DNA of 9,120 nucleotides from Escherichia coli (GTDB lineage Bacteria; Pseudomonadota; Gammaproteobacteria; Enterobacterales; Enterobacteriaceae): NCBI RefSeq assembly GCF_003334335.1, contig NZ_QOWQ01000067.1; one strand, 5' to 3'. Shown piece by piece: positions 8,886 to 9,120 of this stretch (position 1 is its first letter; each line of letters starts with the position of its first letter). The notes under the pieces were generated by a model. It saw only the letters and a program-made list of their open reading frames with translations, ran no database searches and was not told where the DNA came from. The position numbers and the translations under genes were made by a program.

Positions 8886-9120
8886 TTTCCTCTCCAGTTC
8901 AGATTGCTGCGATATTAATCTTTCGTTTTGTTTCAGTTGATACTGCGTCATGGTGAGATAAAAATAAAACGAAAGATAATGGTTTTCTGATCTGATTCAC
9001 AAAAGAAACATAATGAAAGTCAGTGAAACGAGAGTAGCTTGCGCCAATGGGCAAGGTGGGCTTGCATTTGCTTAATAGAAAGGCGTTAATAGGCAAAACG
9101 AAATGAAACGAAAGTTTTAC
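8886..9120. promoter_or_regulatory. AT-rich aga-type regulatory region with AgaR-operator-like repeats
   Basis: Several copies of a TTTCGTTT-type motif in both orientations: TTTCGTTTTGTTTC (8921-8934, plus), AAAATAAAACGAAAG (8961-8975), GTGAAACGAGAG (9023-9034), CAAAACGAAATGAAACGAAAG (9094-9114). They fit the recalled AgaR operator consensus WRMMTTTCRTTTYRTTTYNYTTKK and lie immediately upstream of the kbaZ-like start. Confidence 0.45.

Noticed and set aside
8899-9096. 65-aa minus-strand ORF, and the ATG at 8951 as start of the fusion ORF
   Set aside because: Both lie in AT-rich DNA dominated by operator-like repeats. The KbaZ-like homology begins at the GTG at 8885, which has its own GGAGAGG SD.

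Overview
The window reads as a mosaic of Enterobacteriaceae (Escherichia-like) chromosome with four parts. (1) Positions 1 to ~3350 are a lower-GC accessory segment (~40-47% GC by eye, versus ~55% in 3400-8400). It carries a plus-strand, translationally coupled pair: a complete Upf1/DNA2-like SF1B helicase core (44..1858) and a 338-aa partner with a winged-helix-like N-terminus (1855..2871). A further 112-aa ORF (2953..3291) lies in the same frame as the partner, separated only by one TGA. I cannot assign the pair to a named system; it is the best candidate for an undescribed helicase-based defence-like module. (2) Next comes the 3' remnant of rsmI (its 5' part is absent and it carries an internal TAG), followed by a REP-like palindrome. 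(3) A minus-strand operon follows: MalX-like PTS EIICB (5' end frameshifted in an A9 tract), MalY/PatB-like PLP C-S lyase, and an exported glycoside-hydrolase-like protein. (4) The right end holds an in-frame kbaZ'-'kbaY fusion remnant whose junction sits on a perfect 24-bp inverted repeat, then an AT-rich regulatory region with AgaR-operator-like repeats. No rRNA, tRNA, CRISPR array, transposase or integrase was recognised. All homology statements come from motif reading and recalled reference sequences, not from a database search.
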